Positions 49,122 to 60,732 of a DNA stretch of 64,000 nt are shown piece after piece; the stretch's first letter is position 1; each line of letters starts with the position of its first letter. Source of the stretch: Azolla caroliniana (lineage: Eukaryota > Plantae > Polypodiophyta); assembly GCA_043228905.1 (NCBI GenBank), contig JBHGNT010000006.1:20770001-20834000 (forward strand), in the 5' to 3' direction. Under the pieces are notes generated by a model. It saw only the letters and a list, made by a program, of their open reading frames with translations. It did not search any database and was not told where the DNA came from. A program made the position numbers and the translations under genes.

Positions 49122-52097
49122 ACGCAATGAACAAAGTACTGAGGGACTGCAACCCGGACATCACCATGCCGTTTTTGGACAACATCCCGTCAATGCATAT
49201 CCGGTAGAAGAGAAGGATGAATTGGTTGGCCCAGATGGATGCCGGAGGTTCGTAGTGGATCATATCAACGATTGCGAAAAGGTACTGCAGAGGCTCGAAG
49301 GCACTCAACTCACCCTCTCCAGAGAGAAGTCGGCTTTCGGGCAGTCCGAAGTCTTGGTGGTTGGGCACTTGTGTGGGCTATACGACCGGAAACCATCTCT
49401 GCGATGAAGGAAGAATGCAAGTCGGTTACGGAGGTCCGGAGGTTCCTGGGAGCATGTGCATTTTACCATATTTGGATTTTGCATTACGCACACGTCGCAA
49501 AACTGCTTTACGGGCTGCTGAAGAAAGGACGTAAATTCGAATGGAACGAGGAGCATGCGGAGTTGATTCGGAGGTTAAGGAAGGCGCTAACCATGGCACC
49601 GACCCTCCAAAAGGCAGTTTATGGATAGGGTACCCCGATTTACGTGACGATGGATAAGAGTCCAACCGGAATCAGATGGGTGGTCAATCAGAAAGACAAA
49701 GACGACGTAAGGTTTCCCATCCGATTCAGAGCGAAAGTACTAAGTGAGCGGCAACGAGGATACGCCCAGGTTAAACGAGAACTTTGGGGTATCGTTTCTG
49801 CGGTTAAGGCTGACAAGGACTATTTGGAACGGTTTTGGAGGATGCTCGGAAGGCACGGGAAAGCCTTCGCATTCTCACCGGAGGAGATCGGGTGCGTGGA
49901 CCCAATGATCGTAGAACCGATGGTGATATTCACGGTGCCGCATGTGCCGTGGAATCTCAAACCGATTCCGGTACCTAGAGCTCACATCTCGAAGTTGATG
50001 GAGGTGCTGAAGCAGAAAGTGGAGATGGGCATCTTCGAAACATCGAGTGCCCCGTATTCGAATCGGTGGTTTATTGTGCCGAAGAAGAACGGCATGCTGC
50101 ACTTCATTCAAGACCTGCAGCTGGTCAATAAAGTTACCATTTGGAACGCAGGAGTTGGACCGACGATCGACGAGTTTGCAGAGGCCTTCGCCAGAAGGTT
50201 GATCTATTCGGTCGGGGATCTATACTCAAGGTACGACCAGTTCCAACTAGCCGAGGAGAGCATGGATATTACGACGATGCGGACTCCTCTCGGCCTAGTG
50301 CATATGTGTACCTTGCCGCAAGGAGGGACCAACTCGGTGGTGCACGTGGTGAACGCTATGAACAAAGTGCTGAGAGATTGCATCCCGGACATCACCATGC
50401 TATTTTTGAATGACATACCGATAAAAGGGTGTCCGGTGGAGGATAAGGATGAGTTGGTTGCACCGGATGGTTGCCGGAGGTTTGTTGCGGACCACATCAA
50501 AGATTGCGAAAGGGTGCTACAAAGGCTAGAGATCATGCGACTCACCTTCTCCGGAGAAAAATCGGCTTTCGGTCAATCAGAAATCTTAGTGGTCGGTCAC
50601 TTGTGCGGGCCGAATGGTTGGGTCAAAGCCATTTCCGCGATGAAGGAGGAATGCAAGTCGGTAACGGAGGTGCGGAGGTTCCTGGGGGTGTGTGGATTCT
50701 ACCACATGTGGGTTCCGCATTACGCACACATCGCGGAACCACTCTACGAGCTGCTAAAGAAAGGGCACAAATTCGATTGGGGCGAGGAACATACGGGGTC
50801 GGTCCGGAGATTGAAAGAAGCACTTACCGCGGCATCGGCACTCCGTAAAGCGGTTTACGGCAAGAACGGTCCGATCTATATAACCGTAGATACGAGCCCG
50901 ACCAGGATATGTTGGGTGATCAGTCAGGAAGACGAGGGCGGCACACGGTTCCCTATCCGGTTCGGAGCGAAGGTACTCAGTGAGAGACAACCAGGATACA
51001 CCCAAGTTAAGCGCGAGCTCTAGGGTATTGTTTTGGCAGTCAAGGCCGACAAAGATTATCTTATCGGGACGGAGGTAATAATCGAGACAGACTGCCTACC
51101 GATCCTCGGAATGGTTTCCGGATGCGCGACGCCAGACCTGGCAATGCTCAGGTGGATCGTGTACATCAAGTCCCTGAATCCGGAGATATGGCACATCTCC
51201 AGAAAGGACAACACCATCGCCAACATGCTTTCGAGAGCGCGGTTCGACGACGAGGATGGCATAGTTTCAGAGGACGAAGAAGTCGACGAGGACTTCTTCG
51301 AGTCGGCATACCTGACAAGGGTAGGGAGCACCCCAGTGCTTAATGAGTTTCGCGAGGGTGAATACGAAGGGGAGTGGCTCAGGATTGGTAGATTCCTGAA
51401 GACAATGACGCCGGATGCCACGTGGACGAAAGATGAAGCTAACCGGGTCCGGAAGAAAGCATACCAGTTCTCCTTGCGGGACAGGAACTTATGGAAGCAT
51501 CCGAAGAAGAGAGGTCGCGTCCCACTACGAGTAGTGGCAAGAAAGGAGGAGCGGGAGATGCTGCTTGCGGCGTACCACGAGAGTCCTTAGGCCGGTCACC
51601 GCGGGACTTGGGCCACATTCAAGAAGCTAAAGGAGAAGTATTGGTAGCCGGGGCTATACCGGGACGTGCACCGGTTCGTGACGACATGCGGAAGCTACCA
51701 GATGCACTCCACGATCCGGCATCGAGATGAGCTGCACTCGACCTACCCGCTGACCGTCCATTTCAAGTGGATGGTAGATTTGGTGATGATGCCGATGGGG
51801 GTAGGATAGATGTGGTACCTGGTGCTGGCGCGAGAAGACTTGATCAACCAAGTGGAGGGCAGCGCACTGCAGAATAAGACGACTGCGGCGGCGTGCCGAT
51901 TCCTGATTGAGGAGGTGGTGTGCCGGTATGGGTGCGTAGGAAAGATTGTGGCAAATCGGGGGTAGCTGGACGCACAGGAAGCTGAAGGGCTATTCGACAG
52001 GTTAGGGGTGAAGCTCTCTCTCAGTATAGCGTACAACACTGAGGCGAACGGAAAGATAGAACGCGGACACAGGCCAATCGTGAAGGTTTTAGTACGT

Positions 52098-55000
52098 TGT
52101 CGTGAAGAAAACCGTCCACAAGCGGAATCGGTGCGCCGGAGCATAGGAACCGGCTCTTCATGCACGTACGCCTTACGGTGTACATAAGAGAGAATTAGGG
52201 AGATGGAAGATCCGAGGTAGGTAGATTCGGTAGGTAGGAAGTTAATAGGAAACGGCTCTCTTCTTGCCTATAAAAGGAGGGAGACGAGGAAGAGGAAGGG
52301 ATCGCGGAGAGTCGAGGACGAAGTGCTGTCGGTTTGTGGGCGAAGGCTTCTCTCTCTCTATGGCTCGCAAACTCCATAGCTTCTTTCTGTGCAAGTTTCG
52401 TGAGGCTCGCGCTGCTCTGAGGAATGCCCGAATGCTTCCGGCAGCACCTCTAACCCTCTCCTTCCTTTCCACGCGTTTGCGAACAGGCATCGGCATCTGT
52501 TCGCCGGCCTGTTCGGTTGTAACTGACTTCATGTTTTGATTGTTTGTCTTTGTTAATACATACATACATTCGTGTCTCTCTGTGTCGCTGTCCCACTCGC
52601 GTCTTGGTGCCGAAGGGCCGTGTCCCTGTGAATCTATGCTCGCACGCAGTGGGTCTCTTCTCCTTTCTCTCTTGCTCTTCGGTACAGGACCCCCGGAAAG
52701 GGTCGGATCTTGCGGAGGCCATGGCTTCGGCCGTGGATCGGATATTGAGCGCACGCGAGGGCTCCGGCGCCCTCGACAGAGGCATTGAGGCGGTCGTCGG
52801 TACGATCGGCCGATTCAGTGGAAGGGATGCCACGAAGTATTTGGCGTCCTACGGGGCAGAAATGCTGACGCGGGACATTCCGGAAGAGAGGCGTCTTGCC
52901 GGGTTCCCTCGAGTGGCGATGCCGAGCATCCATGCAGAGGTGCTCGAGGTGTGGGCGGAGAGCCGTACCTGGGAGGAGTTCAAAGGTCGACTCCTAGAAA
53001 AATACGGGCTGGATGACGCGCTCCGGCTTTCGAAACGGGAATTCATGGAGTGGGTGGAGTTCCCCGGCAAGGGGAGAAACGCGTCGAGACTCCTCCGGGA
53101 GTTCGAAGAACGCTTTGCGCGCCTTTCGGCGCTTGACCGAACCGTTCTGGATACGAGTCGGGTCCTACTGTTCGTCAAGTTGGTGGACGAGCGGGACCGG
53201 GATCAAGTCGGCTCCTTGCTGGAAACCAAAGACGGGCTGACGACCGACTGGGTTGTGGTTAAGAGAGTCTGTGGCCGTTTCGACAAACGGCGAGAATGGG
53301 CTGATAACGGGGCGGCCGGTGCGGGCTCTGTCACAACAAGGAGGCTTGAATCGGCACCGCAAGGGCGAAGGGAAGAAACCCGGGAATGGCTCGGAACCGG
53401 TCCGGCTTCGACCGGCATGGTCAGTGGCTCGTCCGGAGGAGCAGCGCTGGAGGAGTTGACGCGGGCGATAAAGGATCTCCAGATCGCCTAGACTCGAAGG
53501 GAAGGCGGCGAACCGGCTTGTGACCGACGGCCGGCAGCAGGGAACAGGTGCATGTGGTGCGACGAAGTCGGCCACATCCGGAAGGACTACGGCGATTTCG
53601 CAAAAGCGTTGAGGAACCGGGTGGTGTACCTGTGGGAAGGTCGGGTGCACGCCGGCGACACCAGAAGGGGCCCTAAACCGAAACGACAGACGAGGAGGTA
53701 TGAAGAGACTGATGGAAGAGGCAGCCGCCCGACACGTGGAGACCATCCACTACTCGGCATCGGCTGGCATTCGGGTCGGGGGCAGCGAGGCCCGAAAGGA
53801 GGGCAAAGACGGATTCTGGTCGGCAATGCTGGAAGGTCTTGCCGGCGCACGGCTAAGGAAAGACGAAAAGGACCGCCCTGAGAGACGGGTCCGGGAAATA
53901 ACCGGGTGGAGCGATCCGGTCGAGGAGAAGACAGGCTTCGTAGAAGCCGCCTGCCGGAACTACGAGGCTTTGGTAGAAGACAAACGAGTGGGGAAAGCCG
54001 GAGCGGCCGGGCCCTCACAACGGTACGAGACCCGATTCGGGCAACGACGGAACGATGCCGGTGGGTCCAGCTCGCAAGATAACCCCGGGAAGGGCGGATA
54101 CCGACTGGGGATGGAAATAGAAAGGACCACGGACCTACGAAAGGTCCTAGAAGAATGGATCCTCGACAGCAAAGTGGAGCTGTCATTACGGGAGGTGCTA
54201 GGGATCGCCAAGAAGGAGTTCCACGACTCCAATGTGGACTTGGTGAAACGGAAGAGACTGTCGACGGAGACAGAACCGGAGAGACCGGTGGAGGTGCGGA
54301 CAACACACATCGACGACTCGGCGCTGGCAGATGAGTGGGCGGAGAGCCACTATTCGAGGCTACACTGGGCCCGAGCGACCATGGAGACCCCGGTAAAGAT
54401 CGGAGATGTTCAGGAACCGGTGGTGGCACTGGTGGACCACGGTTCGGAAATAAACCTAATGTCCATGGACTTCTATAAGAAGGGGACGTGGCCGATCAAC
54501 ACCAAGCACGGGTGGAAGATCTGGGCGGCGACGCGCGCCACCGAGGAACTGCACGGGGCCTGCCCGAACGTGCGTGTCAAGATCGGCCACGTCAAGATTG
54601 ACCAGCACTTCTTCGTGCAGGAGACGTCCTCGCATCCGATCATATTAGGGGAACCGTACATCACAGCGGCACGAATGGAGACCAAGGTGCTGGACAACGG
54701 TTCGGGCTACGCGAGGGTCAAAAGCCAGGACGGGCGCCATTCGGTTCAATTTCTACCGGTGCGGCCAAACTACGAGAGAAACCGGGAATCCCTCGGTGGC
54801 GAGAACCGGGAGTATTTTTAGAGAGGGCTGCCAAGGCGTGGGGCCGAGATAGCCCGGACACTCGGGAAAAACCCCACGACTGTATGATAGAACCGAAACC
54901 GAAGGAACCCTGTACGATAGGTAGGAAGTTTTGCTTCTCCAACAACGGAGAGTGTATGATAGTCGGCATCGTTGGCCGAGAAAAGACAAGGGCGGAAGTG

Positions 55001-58000
55001 CGACTTCGAGCGTGCGGAGTTCTCGGCCGGGACGAGGAAATCAGCGGAGCTGTGGAGGCGGTCTCCTTCGACGACACCTTGGGAATGCTGAGGGAGGTAG
55101 CCGGAGAAGACCTTAACGAAGACCGGACGATACCGGTATGTTTCGAAGAGATGTACGAAGTCATCGCTAACTTCAGTCGGGGGCTCGGGTCGGATCGGAC
55201 GGCCCGAGTTAGCACGAAGTACAAGACTGTGGACCGGAAGGTAAGGCCAGTCGCGGCACCCTTACCGGAGGGCAGCGAGTCCCGGATCAGAGGGGCTGTG
55301 TCGGACCCCAGTTTGCGAGATCCGGTCTGCATAGGACACACCTTCACCGACGGAACGCTCCGGGAGCTCAAAATCGGTGGGGGCGGGTTCCTACTGCCGG
55401 CGGACGAAGACCGGTTTCGGAGGATGCTCGGAAGGCACGGAAAGGCCTTTGCATTCTCGCCGGAAGAGATCGGGTGCGTAGACTCGACGATCGTGGAGCC
55501 GATGGTGATATTCACGGTACCGCATGTGTCGTGGAATCTCAAGCCGATTCCGGTACCAAGAGCTCACATCCCGGAGTTGATGGAGCTACTGAGGTAGAAA
55601 GTCGATATGGGTATTCTCGAACCGTCGAGCGCGCCATACTCGAACCGATGTTTTACCGTACCAAAGAAAAACGGAACATTGCGCTTCATTCAGGACCTGC
55701 AGCCGGTCAACAGAGTGACCATTCGGAACGCAGGAATCGGACCGACCATAGACGAGTTCGCGGAGGCCTTCGCCGGAAGGTCGATTTACTCGGTCGGTGA
55801 TCTGTACTCGGGGTACGACCAGTTCCAGCTAGCCGTGGAGAGCAGAGACATTACGACGATGCGAACTCCCCTCGGCCTAGTGCAAATGTGTACCCTACCA
55901 CAAGGAGGGACCAACTCGGTGGCCCACATGGTGAATGCAATGAACAAGGTACTGAGGGATTGCATCCCGGACATCACCATGCCATTTCTGGACGACATCC
56001 CGATAAAGGGGTGCCCGGTGGAAGAGAAGGACGAGGCAGTCGGGCTGGACGGATGCCGGCGTTTCGTGGCAACACACATCGACGACTGCGAGAAGGTGCT
56101 GCAAAGGCTACAGGATGAGAGGTTCACCTTCTCCGGGGAGAAATCGGCCTTCGGGCAATCAGAAATCCTGGTGGTCGGACACCTGTGTGGACCGTATGGC
56201 CGGAAGCTGTCTCCTGCAAAAGTAGAAGCCATCTCCGCGATGAAGACCGACTGTAGCTCGGTTACGGAAGTTCGGAGGTTCCTGGAGGCGTGCGCGTTCT
56301 ACCACATATGGATCCCGCATTACGCCCACGTTGCGGAGCCGCTATACGGGTTGCTGAAGAAGGGATGAAAATTCGAGTGGCGAGACGAGCACACGGAGTC
56401 GTTCCGGAAGCTGAAGGAAACTCTTGCGGTAGCACCGGCGCTCCGGAAGGCTATCTACGAGAAGGGTACCCCAGTATACATAACGGTGGATACGAGTCCG
56501 ACCGGGATCGGATGGGTCGTCAACCAAGAAGACGAGGACGGCATCCGGTTCCCGATCCGATTCGGCGCGAAGGTCCTCAGTGAGCGACAGTGAGGGTACG
56601 CCCAGGTTAAACGTGAACTCTGGGGTATCGTTTCGGCAGTAAAGACCGACAAAGACTACCTGATCGGGACAGAAGTGATTATTGAGATGGATTGCCTGCC
56701 AATTCTCGACATGGTTTCTGGATGCGCGACACCGGACCTGGCGATGCTCAGGTGGATAGCGTACATCAAGTCCCTGGACCCGGAAATACGGCACATTTCC
56801 GGAAAGGACAACGCCATGGCCGACATGCTTTCGAGGGCGAGGTTTGATAACGAGGGCAGCATGGTTTTGGAGGACGAAGAAGTCGGCGTGGACTTCTTCG
56901 AGGCGGCGTATGTGACGACCGATGGGACGAGCACTCCGGCACTTCACGACTTCGACGAGAGCAAGTACGACGGCGAGTGGCTCCAGATCGGTGGGTTTTT
57001 GAGGACGATGACGCCGGATGCGGCATGGACGAAGGACGAGGCCAACCGGATCCGGAAGAAAGCTTACCGATTCTTTCTCCGGGACGGATACTTATGGAAG
57101 CACCCGAAGAAGAGGAACGGCGTCCCGCTCCGGGTGGTGGCGATGAAGGAAGAACAGGAGGAGCTGTGGACGGCCTACCACGACAGCCCTTGGGCTGGAC
57201 ACCGTGGAACGTGGGCCACGTTCGAGAAGATAAAGAGGAAGTACTGGTGGCCGGGACTGTACCGGGACTTGCATCGGTTCGTGACAACTTGCGGGAGCTG
57301 TCAGATGCACTCCATGGTCCGGCATCGGGACGAGCTTCACCCTACGTACCCTCTGACCATCCACTTCAAATGGATGGTAGATCTGGTGACGATACCGATG
57401 GGCGTAGGACAGATGCGGTATCTGATCCTGGCTCGGGAAGATCTGACGAATCAAGTGGAAGGCCGAGCCCTTCAGAACAAAACGACCGCGGCCGTATGTC
57501 GGTTCCTGATCGAGGACGTGATATGTCGGTACGGGTGCGTCGGGAAGATCGTGGCTGATCGCGGGGAGTTGGACACCGAAGAGGCCGATGAGTTGTTCGA
57601 CCGGCTAGGAGTCAAGCTCTCGCTCACCACTGCAGACAATCCGGAGGCGAATGGGAAGGTGGAGCGCGGACACGGACCGATCGTCAAGGCGTTAGTTCGG
57701 GCATGCGGAGGTCAAGTCGAGAACTGGCCACGGCTGTTGCCTTACGCGTTGTGGGCGGACCAAACTACGCACAGTTCGGTAACCGGATTCATGCCGGCAG
57801 AGCTCATGTTTGGGCAGAAGCCGATCATGCCGATGGAACGTACGATCTCCTCATGGGCAACCGTGGACTGGAGAGACGAGATGAGCCGGGAGGAACTGTT
57901 GATGGCGCGCATACGGCAGCTCGAGCGAAGACCGGAGGACGTGGAGCAGGCTGCGGAAAAGCTTCGGGTGGCAAGGACGAGGAACAAAGCCCGGTTCGAC

Positions 58001-59006
58001 CGAAGAAGATCGAGGAAGGCGATTGGGTGCTAGTCTACGACAGCAGCCTCGACAACCAGCACCGAGCGACACGGAAGTTCGCAAGAAGGTGGTTCGGGCC
58101 TTACGTGGTACAAAGCGCCAACGACAACGGGACGTACCATCTGGCGGAACTCAACGGCACGAGAATGACGATACCGGTAGCTGGGAAACGGATCAAAGCG
58201 TTCAAGAAGTGTCACGACGACGAGCCGGATCCGGTTAACCTGGACCAGGACGACGAACGATCCGAAACCGAGGAAGAACCGACGGGCGGGGAATGAAGGT
58301 TGGACCGGTTTTCTCTGTCCCAACTCAATTTGGCGCATGCCGGTGGATGCGCGGTTAGGTGGGGGCGGATGTCGTGAAGAAAACCGTCCACAAGCGGAAT
58401 CGGTGCGTCGGAGCATAGGAACTGGCTCTTCATGCACGTACGCCTTACGTTGTACATAAGAGAGAATTAGGGACATGGAAGATCCGAGGTAGGTAGATTC
58501 GGTAGGTAGGAAGTTAATAGGAAACGACTCTCTTCTTGCCTATAAAAGGAGGGAGACAAGAGGAAGGGATCGCGGAGAGTCGAGGACGAAGTGGTATCGG
58601 TTTGTGGGCGAAGGCTTCTCTCTCTCTCTGGCTCGCAAACTCCATAGCTTCTTTCTGTGCAGGTTTCGTGAGGCTCGCGCTGCTCTGAGGAATGCCCGAG
58701 TTCTTCCGGCAGCACCTCTAACCCTCTCCTTCCTTTCTGCGCGTTTGCGAACAGGCATCGGCATCTGTTTGCCGGCCTGTTCGGTTGTAACTGACTTCGT
58801 GTTTTGATTGTTTGTCTTTGTTAATACATACATACATTCGTGTCTCTCTGTGTCGCTGTCCCACTCGTGTCTTGGTGCCGAAGGGCCGTGTCCCTGTGAA
58901 TCTACGCTCGCACGCAATGGGTCTCTTCTCCTTTCTCTCTTGCTCTTCGGTACAGGACCCCCGAGGTCCCGCCTCATTCCACGCATCTGCGAGGAATACC
59001 TCGACA
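52098..59006 (+). mobile_element. E8: degenerate Trp-group Gypsy (E3-related), 6909 bp, inserted in the E4 integrase; end of 5' LTR and PBS deleted
   Basis: Perfect TSD ACGT. 3' LTR 58370-59006; 5' LTR 52098-~52695 joined directly to gag. gag-pro to 54821 and pol to 58296, with stops and frameshifts. Confidence 0.92.
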
Positions 59007-59697
59007 ACGTGCATGTGGAGGATAGGTCAGGAATTGGCCACGGCTCCTTCCTTACGCACTATGAGCAGACCGGACGACACATAGTTCAATGACCGGGTAC
59101 ATGCCGGCAGAGCGGATGTACGGGCAGATACCGGTCATGTCGGTTGAACGGACAATTTCCTCGTGGGCAGCGATAGATTGGAGGAATGAGATGACCTGGG
59201 AAGAGTTGTTGGCAACACGAATTCAACAGCTCGAGCGAAGACCAGAGGACATGGAGCGGGCAAAGGTGAAGTTGCAAACAGTGAGGGAGAGGAACAAAAG
59301 CCGGTTCGACCGAACACACCGGCTGCGGCCAAAGAAGATCGAAGAAGGCGACTGGGTGTTGGTGTACGACATCAACCTCGACAACCAGTAGAAGACGACA
59401 CGCAAATTCGCGAGGAGGTGGTTCGGGCCTACGCCGTAATGAGCTTGAATGACAATGGCACCTACCACCTTGCGGAGCTCGATGGGATGCGGTTAACAGT
59501 ACCGGTGGCCGGGAAGCAGATCAAGGCGTTCAAGAAGTGGCATGAGGACGAGCCGGACCTAGGGAGCGAGGACGACGATGACGATCGGTTTGGGGCGGAC
59601 GAAGAATCGGGCAACGACGAGTAGAGGCGAGCCGGATTCTCTAGTAACTGTTCCTCTCCGGCGCATACCGGTGGATGCGCAGTTTGGCAGGGGTGGA

Positions 59698-60274
59698 TGT
59701 CGTGGAGAAAACCGTCCAAAGGAGGAAACGGGGGAAAGATGCAGGAACTGACCCTTACTCGTGGCCACACTATTTATTAAGTTGTAAATATACTAGGTAG
59801 TACGCATTAATTTTCTAGGGAATCCAAGCGTATCTCTGTCCGACGGGACAAAGGATAAGTGTATGTAACTGAGGGTGTAACAGTCTTCCCGAATAGCCTA
59901 TAAAAGGGAGGGGAGAAGACTGATACAGGGATCGAGCATTTTTGAGAGGACGAAGTACTGTCGGACTGGGAACCAAGCTTTGTCCTCCACTATCATTGTT
60001 GCTCTTGCAAGGATTTTGCGTGAAAGCCTGTGTGCTTCCAATAGAGGCTCCATTTCGTATTTCAATGCGTGTGTTCATCTATGTTGAGTCTATCACCAGC
60101 TTGCTGGTTGTAGCATTGCAAGCTCTGTAATCTATACTGTTATTGGAATTGATTCTTTCGTTTCTGTCTCTCTGTGTTTCTGCGAATATCTCTCCCTCTT
60201 CTCTCTCACACTCCTCGGTTTAGGGCCCCTGCGGTTCCGCCTTATTTCACACGCGAGAGTGTAACAGCACGACA
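59698..60274 (+). repeat. E4 3' LTR (577 bp)
   Basis: TGTCGTG...CACGACA termini, preceded by the hairpin and PPT; no partner in the window. Confidence 0.8.
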
Positions 60275-60708
60275 ATGCGAGGAGATCGAGGAGAATCTCG
60301 GTCCGAAGTAGTGGCTTAACTACTTAATGTAACAACCCTCTCCCTCCTTGGTCTATAAAACGAGGTAGAGAGGACTGAGTTAGGGATCACGCTTTTAGGG
60401 AGAACAAAGTGGTGTCGGGTTGGGAACCGAGCGCCTATTCTTTGTATTCCCTGCATTTTCTGTTTGTTTCCTCTTAGGTCGAATGCCTTTGCTCGCATAG
60501 GAAACCGTGTGCTCCCAGCAGAGGCTCTACATTGTACTTCGGTGATTGGTGTACGTGGGTTGCTCGTTGAGATCGTAGCTCGGTTACCGGCCGAGCTGGT
60601 TGTAAGTTCTCTACCTTCTAATTGAAATGTTGGTATGTGTTTCTTGTTGATCATCTAGCGTGTTACTCCGATCCCGACCGAGCCGGTTGTGCCCAGTGCA
60701 TCTCGACA
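60275..60708 (+). mobile_element. 3' half of another Trp-group LTR, interrupted by E4
   Basis: CTATAAAA, AAGTGGTGTCGGGTTGGGAACCGAGC (shared with the E4/E7 LTR R region) and a CTCGACA end. Confidence 0.6.
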
Positions 60709-60732
60709 CCTAACGCCCTACACACCCTCCGT

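Larger units (their letters stand above)
19430..60274 (+). mobile_element. E4: degenerate, 5'-truncated Trp-group Gypsy host element split by E3, E5 and E8 (segments 19430-20696, 28042-29378, 49122-52097, 59007-60274)
   Basis: Reading frames rejoin exactly across each TSD (ACSNVR|VKIG; MVNA|MNKV; LVR|ACG). PPT at ~59686-59697 and 3' LTR 59698-60274. It carries a second RT-RH copy from ~49826. Confidence 0.8.

Noticed and set aside
9647-60278. ACGC before 9651 and ATGC after 60274 as the TSD of one giant composite insertion
   Set aside because: The two terminal LTRs belong to different families and orientations, and the flanks do not rejoin.
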